DNA from: an uncultured Clostridia bacterium
Lineage (GTDB): Bacteria; Bacillota; Clostridia; Christensenellales; Borkfalkiaceae
Length of the DNA: 64,000 nucleotides
Direction of reading: 5' to 3'
Assembly (NCBI GenBank): GCA_947630605.1
Contig: CANRIO010000002.1
Coordinates: forward strand, 9-64,008
A model generated the notes under the pieces. That model was given only the letters and a program-made list of their open reading frames with translations, was not told where the DNA came from and searched no databases. The translations under genes and the position numbers were made by a program. Shown here piece by piece: positions 27,098 through 35,297 of the stretch. Within the stretch, counting starts at the first letter, position 1. Every line of letters begins with the position of its first letter.

Positions 27098-27283
27098 AAG
27101 CTGCCTCCGCGACGCACATTTTCTCGATTTTATCACACCCATCCGCAAAATGCAAGATTTTTCGACATTTTCCGCGCGAGATAGGAAGGCGAACGGAAAT
27201 TTTTTGCGATCGGCCGCTTTTCCCCGTTTGTTCGGTTGCTTTTTCGTGTAAAATATAGTAGAATTGAATGGACGAGGAAATGT

Positions 27284-28486
27284 ATGCAGAATGTCATTGA
27301 AATTCAAAGAGATCTCTACTATCTCGGCGGGAGCGACCGCCGCATCAAACTTTTCGAAAACCACATCCCCATTCCGCGGGGCGTGAGCTACAATTCCTAC
27401 CTGCTGAAGGATGAGAAGACCGTTCTCTTCGACACCGTGGACGCGGCGATCGCGGAGCAGTTCTTCGAAAATTTAGAGGGCGCGCTCGGCGGAAGGGAGC
27501 TCGACTATCTCGTCGTGCACCACATGGAGCCCGACCATTCGGCCACCTTTTTGCGCCTTTTGGAGCGCTATCCCAAGGTCACCGTAGTCACCAACCAGAA
27601 GGTCGCGGCGATGCTCAAAAACTTCTTCCCGTTCTCGGGCGAAAATGTGCTTCTCGTGAAAGAGGGGGATACCATGTCCGTGGGAAGGCGCTCACTTTCC
27701 TTCATCTTCGCCCCCATGGTCCACTGGCCCGAGGTCATGATGACCTATTCTCCAGAGGAGGGGATCTTGTTTTCGGCAGACGCCTTCGGGACGTTCGGCG
27801 CACTCGGCGGGAGCATCTTTGCGGACGAGGTGCACTTTGAGGAAGAATTCCTCGCGGACGCGAGGAAGTACTACTTCAACATCGTCGGCAAGTACGGCTT
27901 TCAGGTGCAGAATGTGCTGAAGAAGGCCTCCGCGCTTGACATACGCCTTGTCTGCCCCCTGCACGGCCCCGTCTGGCGGGAGAACTTTGCATGGTATCTG
28001 AAGAAATACGACACATGGAGCAAGTATGAACCCGAAGAGAGGGGCGTTGCCGTTTTTTATGCCTCCATCTACGGGCACACCCAAAATGCCGCCGAGATCC
28101 TCGCCGCGAAGCTCGCAAAGAGGGGCGTTTACACGAAGGTATACGACGTCTCCAATACCCATGTCTGCGATCTGCTTGCAGAGGCGTTCCGCTATTCGCA
28201 CGCCGTGTTCGCCTCTTCCACCCACAATAACGGCATCTTTTTGTGCATGGAGACCCTCCTTTCAGACCTCAAGGCGCACTTCTTCCAAAAGCGGAAATAC
28301 GCCCTCATCGAGAACGGCAGCTGGGCGCCGCAGACGGGCGAACTCATGGGGGAGATCCTCTCCGGTATGAAGGAGACGGAACAGATCGGCGAGACGGTGA
28401 AGATGATCTCCTCCGTCAAGGGAGAGACGGAGGCAAGGCTCTCCGCCCTTGCGGACGCCATCGCCGAAGACTACTTTGCAAATTAA
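27284..28486 (+). CDS. fprA: A-type flavodiiron protein (FprA; O2/NO reductase).
   Basis: The track ORF was trimmed to the ATG at 27284. It has a metallo-beta-lactamase-like HHMEPDH motif, then a flavodoxin-like C-terminal half (VFYASIYGHT). A rubredoxin gene follows. Confidence 0.9.
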   Translation: MQNVIEIQRDLYYLGGSDRRIKLFENHIPIPRGVSYNSYLLKDEKTVLFDTVDAAIAEQFFENLEGALGGRELDYLVVHHMEPDHSATFLRLLERYPKVTVVTNQKVAAMLKNFFPFSGENVLLVKEGDTMSVGRRSLSFIFAPMVHWPEVMMTYSPEEGILFSADAFGTFGALGGSIFADEVHFEEEFLADARKYYFNIVGKYGFQVQNVLKKASALDIRLVCPLHGPVWRENFAWYLKKYDTWSKYEPEERGVAVFYASIYGHTQNAAEILAAKLAKRGVYTKVYDVSNTHVCDLLAEAFRYSHAVFASSTHNNGIFLCMETLLSDLKAHFFQKRKYALIENGSWAPQTGELMGEILSGMKETEQIGETVKMISSVKGETEARLSALADAIAEDYFAN

Positions 28487-28519
28487 AAATCAAAAAATCA
28501 ATTCAAGGAGGATGGAATT

Positions 28520-28675
28520 ATGAAATACATCTGCAACATCTGCGGATACGAGTATGACGAAGAGACGGGAGATCCCGCAAACGGCATCGCCCCCGGCACC
28601 AAGTGGGAGGACGTCCCCGACGACTTCACCTGCCCGCTCTGCGGCGTCGGCAAAGAGGATTTCTCCGCCGAGTAA
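28520..28675 (+). CDS. Rubredoxin (51 aa).
   Basis: Below the track length cutoff. AAGGAGG RBS. MKYICNICGYEYDEETGDPANGIAPGTKWEDVPDDFTCPLCGVGKEDFSAE has the two CxxCG knuckles. Confidence 0.92.
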   Translation: MKYICNICGYEYDEETGDPANGIAPGTKWEDVPDDFTCPLCGVGKEDFSAE

Positions 28676-28718
28676 AAGCTGCAAATCGCAAAAACCGTTT
28701 GCAAGCGAAACTTAAGGC

Positions 28719-28753
28719 CCGCCCGTCGGCATCTCGCCCTCGGGCGGTTTTTT
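28719..28753 (+). terminator. Terminator after rubredoxin.
   Basis: CCGCCCG ... CGGGCGG stem followed by TTTTTT. Confidence 0.6.
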
Positions 28754-28878
28754 GCGGAAAAAGGTCGTCATTTGTCGCATTTTGCAGAAATTTCCAAAAA
28801 ATTGTGTTAAACTCTTGACAGATGCGTGAAAGGGGTGTTATTATTTGTTTAAGAAATATTTTTTTCAGGAGAAGAATC

Positions 28879-29544
28879 ATGAAAAAGAAGTTGTTGCTTG
28901 GCCTCGTTTCCGCTTCGCTTGCGGCCTCCCTCTGCGTCGGTTTTTCGGCATGCCAGCTGTTGGATCCCAGAAAGGGCGAGGAGTTCCCCGCCGATAGCTT
29001 CGATCAGAAGTGGGAAGAGGCGTTTTCGCTCAATAATTTCACGAACTTCCAGGTTGTCTCAAAATCACATCTGACGACAAAATTTGAGGGCAAAACGCTT
29101 CAGGATGACAGTACTTATACGTTGACAGTCGCCGATGACCTTGTCCACCTCACATTCGAGTCCAAGGCGTCGGATGGGAAATATTCGTTCGAGTACTACC
29201 ATGACGGTGAAGTCTACTACGTGAAAGACGATTCGGGGAAATGGGTGAAGACCGATTCCCTCGGAGACAGTTTGCCCCTTCAGTTGACATATGAAGATTT
29301 CATGGAAACGACGATGAACCAATACTACGAAATGAAGGACGAAGTCGAATATGATGCGAGTAAGGGCGGCTACGTTATCAGCATCATGGGTGTTCCCACC
29401 GTTCTGAAATTCAGGAACGGCAAACTCGAATCCGTGACCTCGAATGGCTCTTTCGAAATTGAAGGGGAGACGGAGATCGTCAGCGGATCGGTCTATTTCA
29501 CCTACGGCGGTCAAAAGGTCACCCTTCCCACCGTTTCCGAGTAA
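28879..29544 (+). CDS. Small lipoprotein (221 aa), hypothetical.
   Basis: The track ORF was trimmed to the ATG at 28879. The signal peptide plus lipobox is MKKKLLLGLVSASLAASLCVGFSAC. The gene looks lower in GC. Confidence 0.7.
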   Translation: MKKKLLLGLVSASLAASLCVGFSACQLLDPRKGEEFPADSFDQKWEEAFSLNNFTNFQVVSKSHLTTKFEGKTLQDDSTYTLTVADDLVHLTFESKASDGKYSFEYYHDGEVYYVKDDSGKWVKTDSLGDSLPLQLTYEDFMETTMNQYYEMKDEVEYDASKGGYVISIMGVPTVLKFRNGKLESVTSNGSFEIEGETEIVSGSVYFTYGGQKVTLPTVSE

Positions 29545-29739
29545 GGGCTAAAAACAATTTCCCCATACCATGTCGGGGTCGAAGAATGAGAGGCTCGGAC
29601 ATGGTCTTGGCATAATTTCTTTCGAAACACAGGGCACGGCTTTCCCCGCGCCCTTTTTCTTATCCCGAAAAAATGCGCTTCTTTTCGAAAAGGCCCCCGC
29701 CCAAAGAGGACGCGGGGCGTAATTTTTGGGGAAATATGT

Positions 29740-29768
29740 TTGAAAAGCGTGCGCGGGTGTGATATAAT
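29740..29768 (+). promoter_or_regulatory. Promoter of lon.
   Basis: TTGAAA (29740..29745), a 17-nt spacer, then TATAAT (29763..29768) preceded by TGA (extended -10). Confidence 0.6.
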
Positions 29769-29795
29769 ATTAGAAATTCCAACGAGGGATATACT

Positions 29796-32123
29796 ATGGA
29801 TATGCCCGAAACACCCAAAATTCTTTCCGTGATCCCCATGCGGACGCAGGTCGTCTTCCCCGATACCGTCGTCACCTTCGAAGTGGCGCGCGGGATCTCG
29901 ATTGCCGCACTCGACCGTGCCTCCTACCACAACTCCGAGATCTTCCTCTCCCGTCAGACGGCGGAAAAGGACATGCCGGGGCCGGAGGACCTCTCCCCCG
30001 TGGGGACGGTCGCCTCCATCCGCCAGCGCCTCATGCTCCCCGGGGACCGCATCCGCATCACGGTGGAGGCACTCTACCGCGCCCGTGCGCGGGACTTCCG
30101 CATGCAGGACGGCTTTATCTATGCCGTCGTCGATCCCCTTCCCTCCGTGCACGGCGATCCCGAGGAGGAGGAAGCGCATTTCCGTACCGTGAAGGACCTC
30201 GTCCGCGACCTCTATGCGGAGAATTCCAAGGCGATGCGGGAGCTGGACAGCGCGCTTGCGGGCGTTGCCGACATCGACGCCTACATCAACATCTGCGCCC
30301 ACCGTCTGCGCCTCAAGGACGAGATCAAACAGCAGATCCTCGCCGAGGCCGACCTCATCGAGCGGCTCAAACTCCTCGAGACCTGCCTTTCGACGGAGAA
30401 GGAGATCGCCCGCCTCGAGAGCAAGATCGCCGAGGATGTGCGCAAAAATATCGACAAGGCACAGAAGGAATATTACCTGCGCGAACAGCTCAAGGCCATC
30501 CATGCAGAACTCGGCGACGACGGCGAGGAGAACGACAAACTGCGCGAGAAGATCCTCGCAAAGCGCCTCCCCGCCCCCGTTGAAGAAAAGGCGCTCGCCG
30601 AGCTTGCCCGCATGGACCGCATGCCCTCCTCTTCGCCCGAATATACCGTCCTTCGCAACTACGCCGACTGGCTCATCGACCTTCCCTGGCACGAGGAGAC
30701 GACGGACACCGCCTCCCTTGCCGATGTGGAGAAGGTGCTCGAAGAGGACCATTACGGCCTCGAGAAGATCAAGGAGCGCGTCGTCGAATACCTCGCCGTC
30801 CTCAAACTCACGGGGGAGCTGAAGGCCCCCATTTTGTGCCTCGTCGGGCCTCCCGGCGTGGGCAAGACGAGCATCGCAAAGTCGGTCGCCCGCGCCCTCG
30901 GAAGGAAGTTCGTCCGCATGAGCCTCGGCGGCCTCAAGGACGAGGCGGAGATCAGGGGGCACCGCCGCACCTACATCGGCGCGATGCCGGGCCGCATCCT
31001 CTATGAGATGAAGAATGCGGGCTGTATCAACCCCGTCTTCCTCCTCGACGAAGTGGACAAGATCTCCTCGGATATGCGCGGAGATCCCGCGAGCGCGCTT
31101 TTGGAAGTTTTAGACCCCGAACAGAACGCCACCTTCCGCGACCGCTATCTCGAGGTGGAGTACGATCTCTCGAAGGTCATGTTCATCGCGACGGCGAACA
31201 CCCTCGACACCATCCCCATGCCCCTCCGCGACCGCATGGAGATCATCGAACTCTCGGGCTATACGCAGCAGGAAAAGAAGGAGATTGCACGGCGGTACCT
31301 CGTCCCCAAGAAGCGCAAGGAAAACGGCCTTACGAAGGAGCAACTGCGCATCACCGACGGCGCGATCGACGCGATGATCGACGGCTATACGATGGAGGCG
31401 GGCGTCCGCTCCCTGGAGCGCACCATCGGCACCGTCTGCAGAAAGGCGGCCGTGCGCATCGCCAAAGGGGAGAGGGCGGAGAGCCTAACCGTCACCAAGC
31501 AAAATCTCGAAAAATACCTCGGGGCAAAGCGGTTCCTGCGGGACGGCGAGATGCGCTCCGAGGACGAAGTGGGCGCCGCGACGGGGCTCGCATGGACGGC
31601 GGTGGGGGGCACCACGCTCACCATCGAAGTCTCCGTCATGCAGGGCAAGGGGGAGATCCTTCTCACGGGGAAACTCGGCGATGTCATGAAGGAATCCGCC
31701 CGCGCGGCCATCTCCTACATCCGCTCCCACGCCGAAAAGTACGGCATCGAGGAGAGTGATTTCGAGAAGAAGGACGTCCACATCCACGTCCCCGAGGGGG
31801 CGACGCCCAAGGACGGGCCCTCCGCGGGCATCACGATGGCGACGGCGATCCTTTCCGCCTTCACGGGCAAACCCGTCCGCCGCGATGTGGCCATGACGGG
31901 GGAGATCACCCTCCGCGGGAAGGTCCTTCCCATCGGCGGCCTCAAGGAAAAGGCGCTCGCCGCGAGCCGCATCGGCATCCGCGACGTCATCATCCCCGAG
32001 GAGAACAGGAAGGACGTCGAGGAGATCCCCGAGGAGATCGGGAAGAATTTGCACTTCATCCCCGTCTCCGAAGTGGACGAGGTGTTCCAGAACGCCGTGA
32101 GAGGGCTTTCCTATGCGCATTAA
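29796..32123 (+). CDS. lon: ATP-dependent Lon protease (endopeptidase La).
   Basis: 775 aa. It has a LON N-domain, Walker A GPPGVGKTS, and the protease Ser site PKDGPSAGITMATA. Confidence 0.97.
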   Translation: MDMPETPKILSVIPMRTQVVFPDTVVTFEVARGISIAALDRASYHNSEIFLSRQTAEKDMPGPEDLSPVGTVASIRQRLMLPGDRIRITVEALYRARARDFRMQDGFIYAVVDPLPSVHGDPEEEEAHFRTVKDLVRDLYAENSKAMRELDSALAGVADIDAYINICAHRLRLKDEIKQQILAEADLIERLKLLETCLSTEKEIARLESKIAEDVRKNIDKAQKEYYLREQLKAIHAELGDDGEENDKLREKILAKRLPAPVEEKALAELARMDRMPSSSPEYTVLRNYADWLIDLPWHEETTDTASLADVEKVLEEDHYGLEKIKERVVEYLAVLKLTGELKAPILCLVGPPGVGKTSIAKSVARALGRKFVRMSLGGLKDEAEIRGHRRTYIGAMPGRILYEMKNAGCINPVFLLDEVDKISSDMRGDPASALLEVLDPEQNATFRDRYLEVEYDLSKVMFIATANTLDTIPMPLRDRMEIIELSGYTQQEKKEIARRYLVPKKRKENGLTKEQLRITDGAIDAMIDGYTMEAGVRSLERTIGTVCRKAAVRIAKGERAESLTVTKQNLEKYLGAKRFLRDGEMRSEDEVGAATGLAWTAVGGTTLTIEVSVMQGKGEILLTGKLGDVMKESARAAISYIRSHAEKYGIEESDFEKKDVHIHVPEGATPKDGPSAGITMATAILSAFTGKPVRRDVAMTGEITLRGKVLPIGGLKEKALAASRIGIRDVIIPEENRKDVEEIPEEIGKNLHFIPVSEVDEVFQNAVRGLSYAH

Positions 32124-32703
32124 CGGGGCAAAATTCATCACATCCGCCGCGAGCGAGAAACAGTTCATCGTCCCCGACCGCCCCATGATCGCGGTCGCGG
32201 GCAGGTCCAACGCGGGCAAGAGTACACTCATCAACATGCTCGCGGGGCAGAAAAAGCTCGCCAAGACGAGCTCCGCCCCTGGCAGGACCCGCCTCGTCAA
32301 TTACTTCGACTTCGGGCAGTTCCTGCTCGCCGACCTTCCCGGCTACGGCTATGCGGCCGTCTCGCGGGAGGAGAAGGCGAAGTGGGCAAAGACGCTGGAC
32401 GCCTTCTTCGAAAGGAAGGAACACATCGCCCATGTCTTTCTCCTCTCGGACATCCGCCGCGACCCCTCGGAGGACGACTTCACGATGGTGGAATTTTTGA
32501 ACTACCACATGATCCCCTTCACCGTCATCGCCACGAAGAGCGACAAACTCTCCCGCATGAAGGCAAAGGAGCGGGTGCGCGCCGTCGCGAACGGGTACGG
32601 CCTCGGCGAGGGGAACGTGCTCGCCGTCTCCGGGATGACAGGCGACGGGAAGGATATTCTTTTGAAAAAAATCGAAGCTATCCTCGAAACGGCGTCATGC
32701 TGA
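32113..32703 (+). CDS. engB: Ribosome-biogenesis GTPase EngB/YsxC.
   Basis: 196 aa. Contains GRSNAGKSTLIN (G1), DLPGYG (G3) and TKSDK (G4). The lon-engB order is as in Bacillus. The last 3 codons and the stop lie inside repeat A3. Confidence 0.92.
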   Translation: MRINGAKFITSAASEKQFIVPDRPMIAVAGRSNAGKSTLINMLAGQKKLAKTSSAPGRTRLVNYFDFGQFLLADLPGYGYAAVSREEKAKWAKTLDAFFERKEHIAHVFLLSDIRRDPSEDDFTMVEFLNYHMIPFTVIATKSDKLSRMKAKERVRAVANGYGLGEGNVLAVSGMTGDGKDILLKKIEAILETASC

Positions 32704-32877
32704 GCCGATAAAGACTATACGCAGTCCACGGCGGCTCATCTCCGAAGCATCCCCTCATACGAAGTCCGCGTTTTCATTTACGGGATTCTTCGCTTCGCTC
32801 AGAATGACGCTCGGGACCCCCTGATACGTAGTCCGATGCCCCCTCCGTGGGAGGGGGGGTAGGGGGGTGGGCGCCCC
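32694..32877. repeat. Repeat cluster R5, made of an A-type palindrome and an E-type G-rich element.
   Basis: A: GTCATGCTGAGCCGATAAAG ... GCTCAGAATGAC at 32694..32818. E: GCCCCCTCCGTGGGAGGGGGGGTAGGGGGGTGGGCGCCCC at 32838..32877. Confidence 0.8.
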
Positions 32878-32926
32878 GCGACATGCTTTTTTCTACGAAA
32901 AAATCTCATTTCTCCCATAAAAGAAG

Positions 32927-32955
32927 TTGCAAATATTTGATACCTATGGTATAAT
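32927..32955 (+). promoter_or_regulatory. Promoter of rpsB-tsf.
   Basis: TTGCAA (32927..32932), a 17-nt spacer, then TATAAT (32950..32955) preceded by TGG. The leader is about 115 nt. Confidence 0.65.
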
Positions 32956-33076
32956 TTGAAAGTCTGCGAAGGCAGAAATCCGCACCCCGCGAGTGCCGCC
33001 CTCCGTGTCCGTAAATACTTTTTCATGCGGATAACGGGCGGAAAAACGCAAACGGGGGAGGTAAAACGGAGGAATT

Positions 33077-33832
33077 ATGGCAGTTATCACCATGAAGCAG
33101 CTCCTCGAAGCGGGCGTCCACTTCGGACACCAGACGAGAAAATGGAACCCCAAGATGAAGAAGTACATCTTCGCGGCCCGTCACGACATCCACATCATCG
33201 ACCTCGAGAAGACGGCGGCCCTCATCGAAGAGGCGTACACCTTTGTCGTCGAGTGCGTGAAGGCAGGCGGGAGCGTCCTCTTCGTCGGCACCAAGAAGCA
33301 GGCGCAGGACGCCATCAAGGAAGAGGCCGAGCGCTGTGGCCAGTTCTATGTCAACTCCCGTTGGCTGGGCGGCACGCTCACCAACTTCAAGACCATCCGT
33401 TCCCGCATCGACTATCTCGAAAAGCTCGAGAGAATGGAACAGAGCGGCGAGTTCGACCTTCTCCCCAAGAAGGAAGTTTTAGGCCTCAAGAAGGAGATGG
33501 GCAAGCTGCAGGAGAATTTGGGCGGCATCAAGAATATGCACGGCATGCCCGGGGTCATGTTCGTCGTCGACCCGCATAACGAGGACATCGCCGTCGCCGA
33601 AGCGCGCAAAGTGGGCGTGCCCATCGTCGCCATCACGGATACCAACTGCGACCCCGACCTCATCGACTATGTGATCCCCGGCAACGACGACGCGATCCGC
33701 GCCATCAAGCTCATCTCGTCCGTCATCGCCTCCGCAGTCATCGAGGCGACGGAGGGCGTTACCCCCGTTCTCGAGACGGAGGACGTTGCGGAAGAAACCG
33801 TGGAAGAGACCGCGGAAGAGACCGCCGAATAA
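33077..33832 (+). CDS. rpsB: 30S ribosomal protein S2.
   Basis: 251 aa, with [27 protein letters not shown]. Acidic C-terminal tail. Confidence 0.97.
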   Translation: MAVITMKQLLEAGVHFGHQTRKWNPKMKKYIFAARHDIHIIDLEKTAALIEEAYTFVVECVKAGGSVLFVGTKKQAQDAIKEEAERCGQFYVNSRWLGGTLTNFKTIRSRIDYLEKLERMEQSGEFDLLPKKEVLGLKKEMGKLQENLGGIKNMHGMPGVMFVVDPHNEDIAVAEARKVGVPIVAITDTNCDPDLIDYVIPGNDDAIRAIKLISSVIASAVIEATEGVTPVLETEDVAEETVEETAEETAE

Positions 33833-33852
33833 TTTTAAGGAGAATAACCGAT

Positions 33853-34779
33853 ATGGCAGAATTTACGGCAAAGGATGTAATGAAACTCCGCGAACAGACG
33901 GGTGCCGGCATGATGGATTGCAAGCGCGCCCTCGTGGATGCGGACGGCGATTTCGAAAAGGCGGCGGAGCTTCTCCGCGAGCGCGGCATCGCAAAGGCCG
34001 CAAAGCGGGCCTCCAAGGTCGCTGCGGAGGGCGTCGTCTATGCCCTTGTCGAGGGCAAGAAGGGCGTCCTCGTCGAAGTCAACTGCGAGTCCGACTTCGT
34101 CGCCAACGGCGAGAAGTTCCGCGCCCTCGTTGACCTCATCGCAAAGCAGATCCTGAATGTGGGTGCGCACGACGTCTCTGACCTCCTTACCTCGGACATG
34201 GGTGGGGGAAAGACCGTCGAGACCTTCATTTCCGAACAGGTCGGCATCATCGGCGAGAAGATCTCCGTGAGAAGATTCACGGTGTTCGAGACCGAGGGCT
34301 TTGTCGAGACCTATATCCACATGGGCGGCACGATGGGCGTCATGCTCGACTTCGGCTGCGAAGAGACTGCGGCAACGAAGGAGCTCGCGCACAACATCGC
34401 CCTGCACACCGCCTTTGCAAAACCCGCCTATCTCGCCGCGGAGGACGTCTCCGCCGAGACCGTCGAGAAGGAGAAGGCCATCCTCTTGCAGGAAGTGCAC
34501 AACGACGAGAAGATGGCGGGCAAACCCGAAAAGGTGCTCGCGGGCATCGTCGAGGGCAAGATCAAGAAGTTCTTCGAGGAGAACTGCCTTCTCGAGCAGA
34601 AGTATGTGCGTGACGACAAGCTCACGATAAAGCAGCTCATCGCGCAGACCGCGAAGGAAACGGGCACGCCCATCAGCGTGAACAGGTTCGTGTTCTTCGT
34701 CCGCGGCGAGGGCATCGAGAAGAAGCAGGAGGACCTCTCCGAAGAGGTCGCCAAGCAAGTCGAGGCCATGAAGAAGTAA
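33853..34779 (+). CDS. tsf: Elongation factor Ts.
   Basis: 308 aa, with TAKDVMKLREQTGAGMMDCKRAL (UBA-like N-terminus). Confidence 0.97.
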   Translation: MAEFTAKDVMKLREQTGAGMMDCKRALVDADGDFEKAAELLRERGIAKAAKRASKVAAEGVVYALVEGKKGVLVEVNCESDFVANGEKFRALVDLIAKQILNVGAHDVSDLLTSDMGGGKTVETFISEQVGIIGEKISVRRFTVFETEGFVETYIHMGGTMGVMLDFGCEETAATKELAHNIALHTAFAKPAYLAAEDVSAETVEKEKAILLQEVHNDEKMAGKPEKVLAGIVEGKIKKFFEENCLLEQKYVRDDKLTIKQLIAQTAKETGTPISVNRFVFFVRGEGIEKKQEDLSEEVAKQVEAMKK

Positions 34780-34804
34780 CTCTTCATTCTATATTGTAAA
34801 TAAA

Positions 34805-34826
34805 CCGCCCCCACGGGCGGTTTTTT
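34805..34826 (+). terminator. Terminator after tsf.
   Basis: CCGCCC-CCAC-GGGCGG followed by TTTTTT. Confidence 0.8.
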
Positions 34827-34836
34827 CGTTACCCGC

Positions 34837-35075
34837 GTCATGCTGAGCCGATGGGGCAAAATGAAAACGTCGAGCCCATCCCCGAAGCATCCCGAGGATG
34901 AAAACAGTGACTTTGATAAACGACACCCCGTTCCAAATATCGTCATGCTGCCCCGACCGCACGTTCTGATCGTCGTCGAAGGGCGGAATGAGGGCGGTGA
35001 ACCGCGTCATGCTGAGCCGATGGGGCAAAATGAAAACGTCGAGCCCATCCCCGAAGCATCCCCTCATACGAATTC
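34837..35075. repeat. Repeat cluster R6.
   Basis: Two identical 57-nt A-type left halves sit at 34837..34893 and 35006..35062. A B-type element (about 34943..35003) lies between them. Confidence 0.8.
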
Positions 35076-35297
35076 CAAGGAAAAAAATGTTATATATTCA
35101 CCACTTTTGAATATATTCATAACATTATCGAGGAATGTGAAAATATTTTTCACAAATTTTACAATTCCCTTGAAAAAAATTTGACAAACTCAAAAAATTA
35201 TTATACCATATATATACTAAAAATAATAAAATGCATAATTTTCATTTTGTCCGTGGATTTTATGCATTTTCAATCAGAAAAAATTTAGTCAAGGAGA

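Noticed and set aside
29511-30962. A 483-aa ORF on the minus strand.
   Set aside because: It is antisense to lon. The same reasoning applies to 18531..19880 (thrC-like), 46253..47596 (rseP), 14521..15630 (prmC/prfA), 16429..17463 (aminotransferase), 23194..24417 (RumA-type gene), 33835..34758 (tsf), 42600..43751 (frr/uppS), 55724..56656 (dnaA), 62010..63194 and 63154..63999 (GT-C gene / comM).
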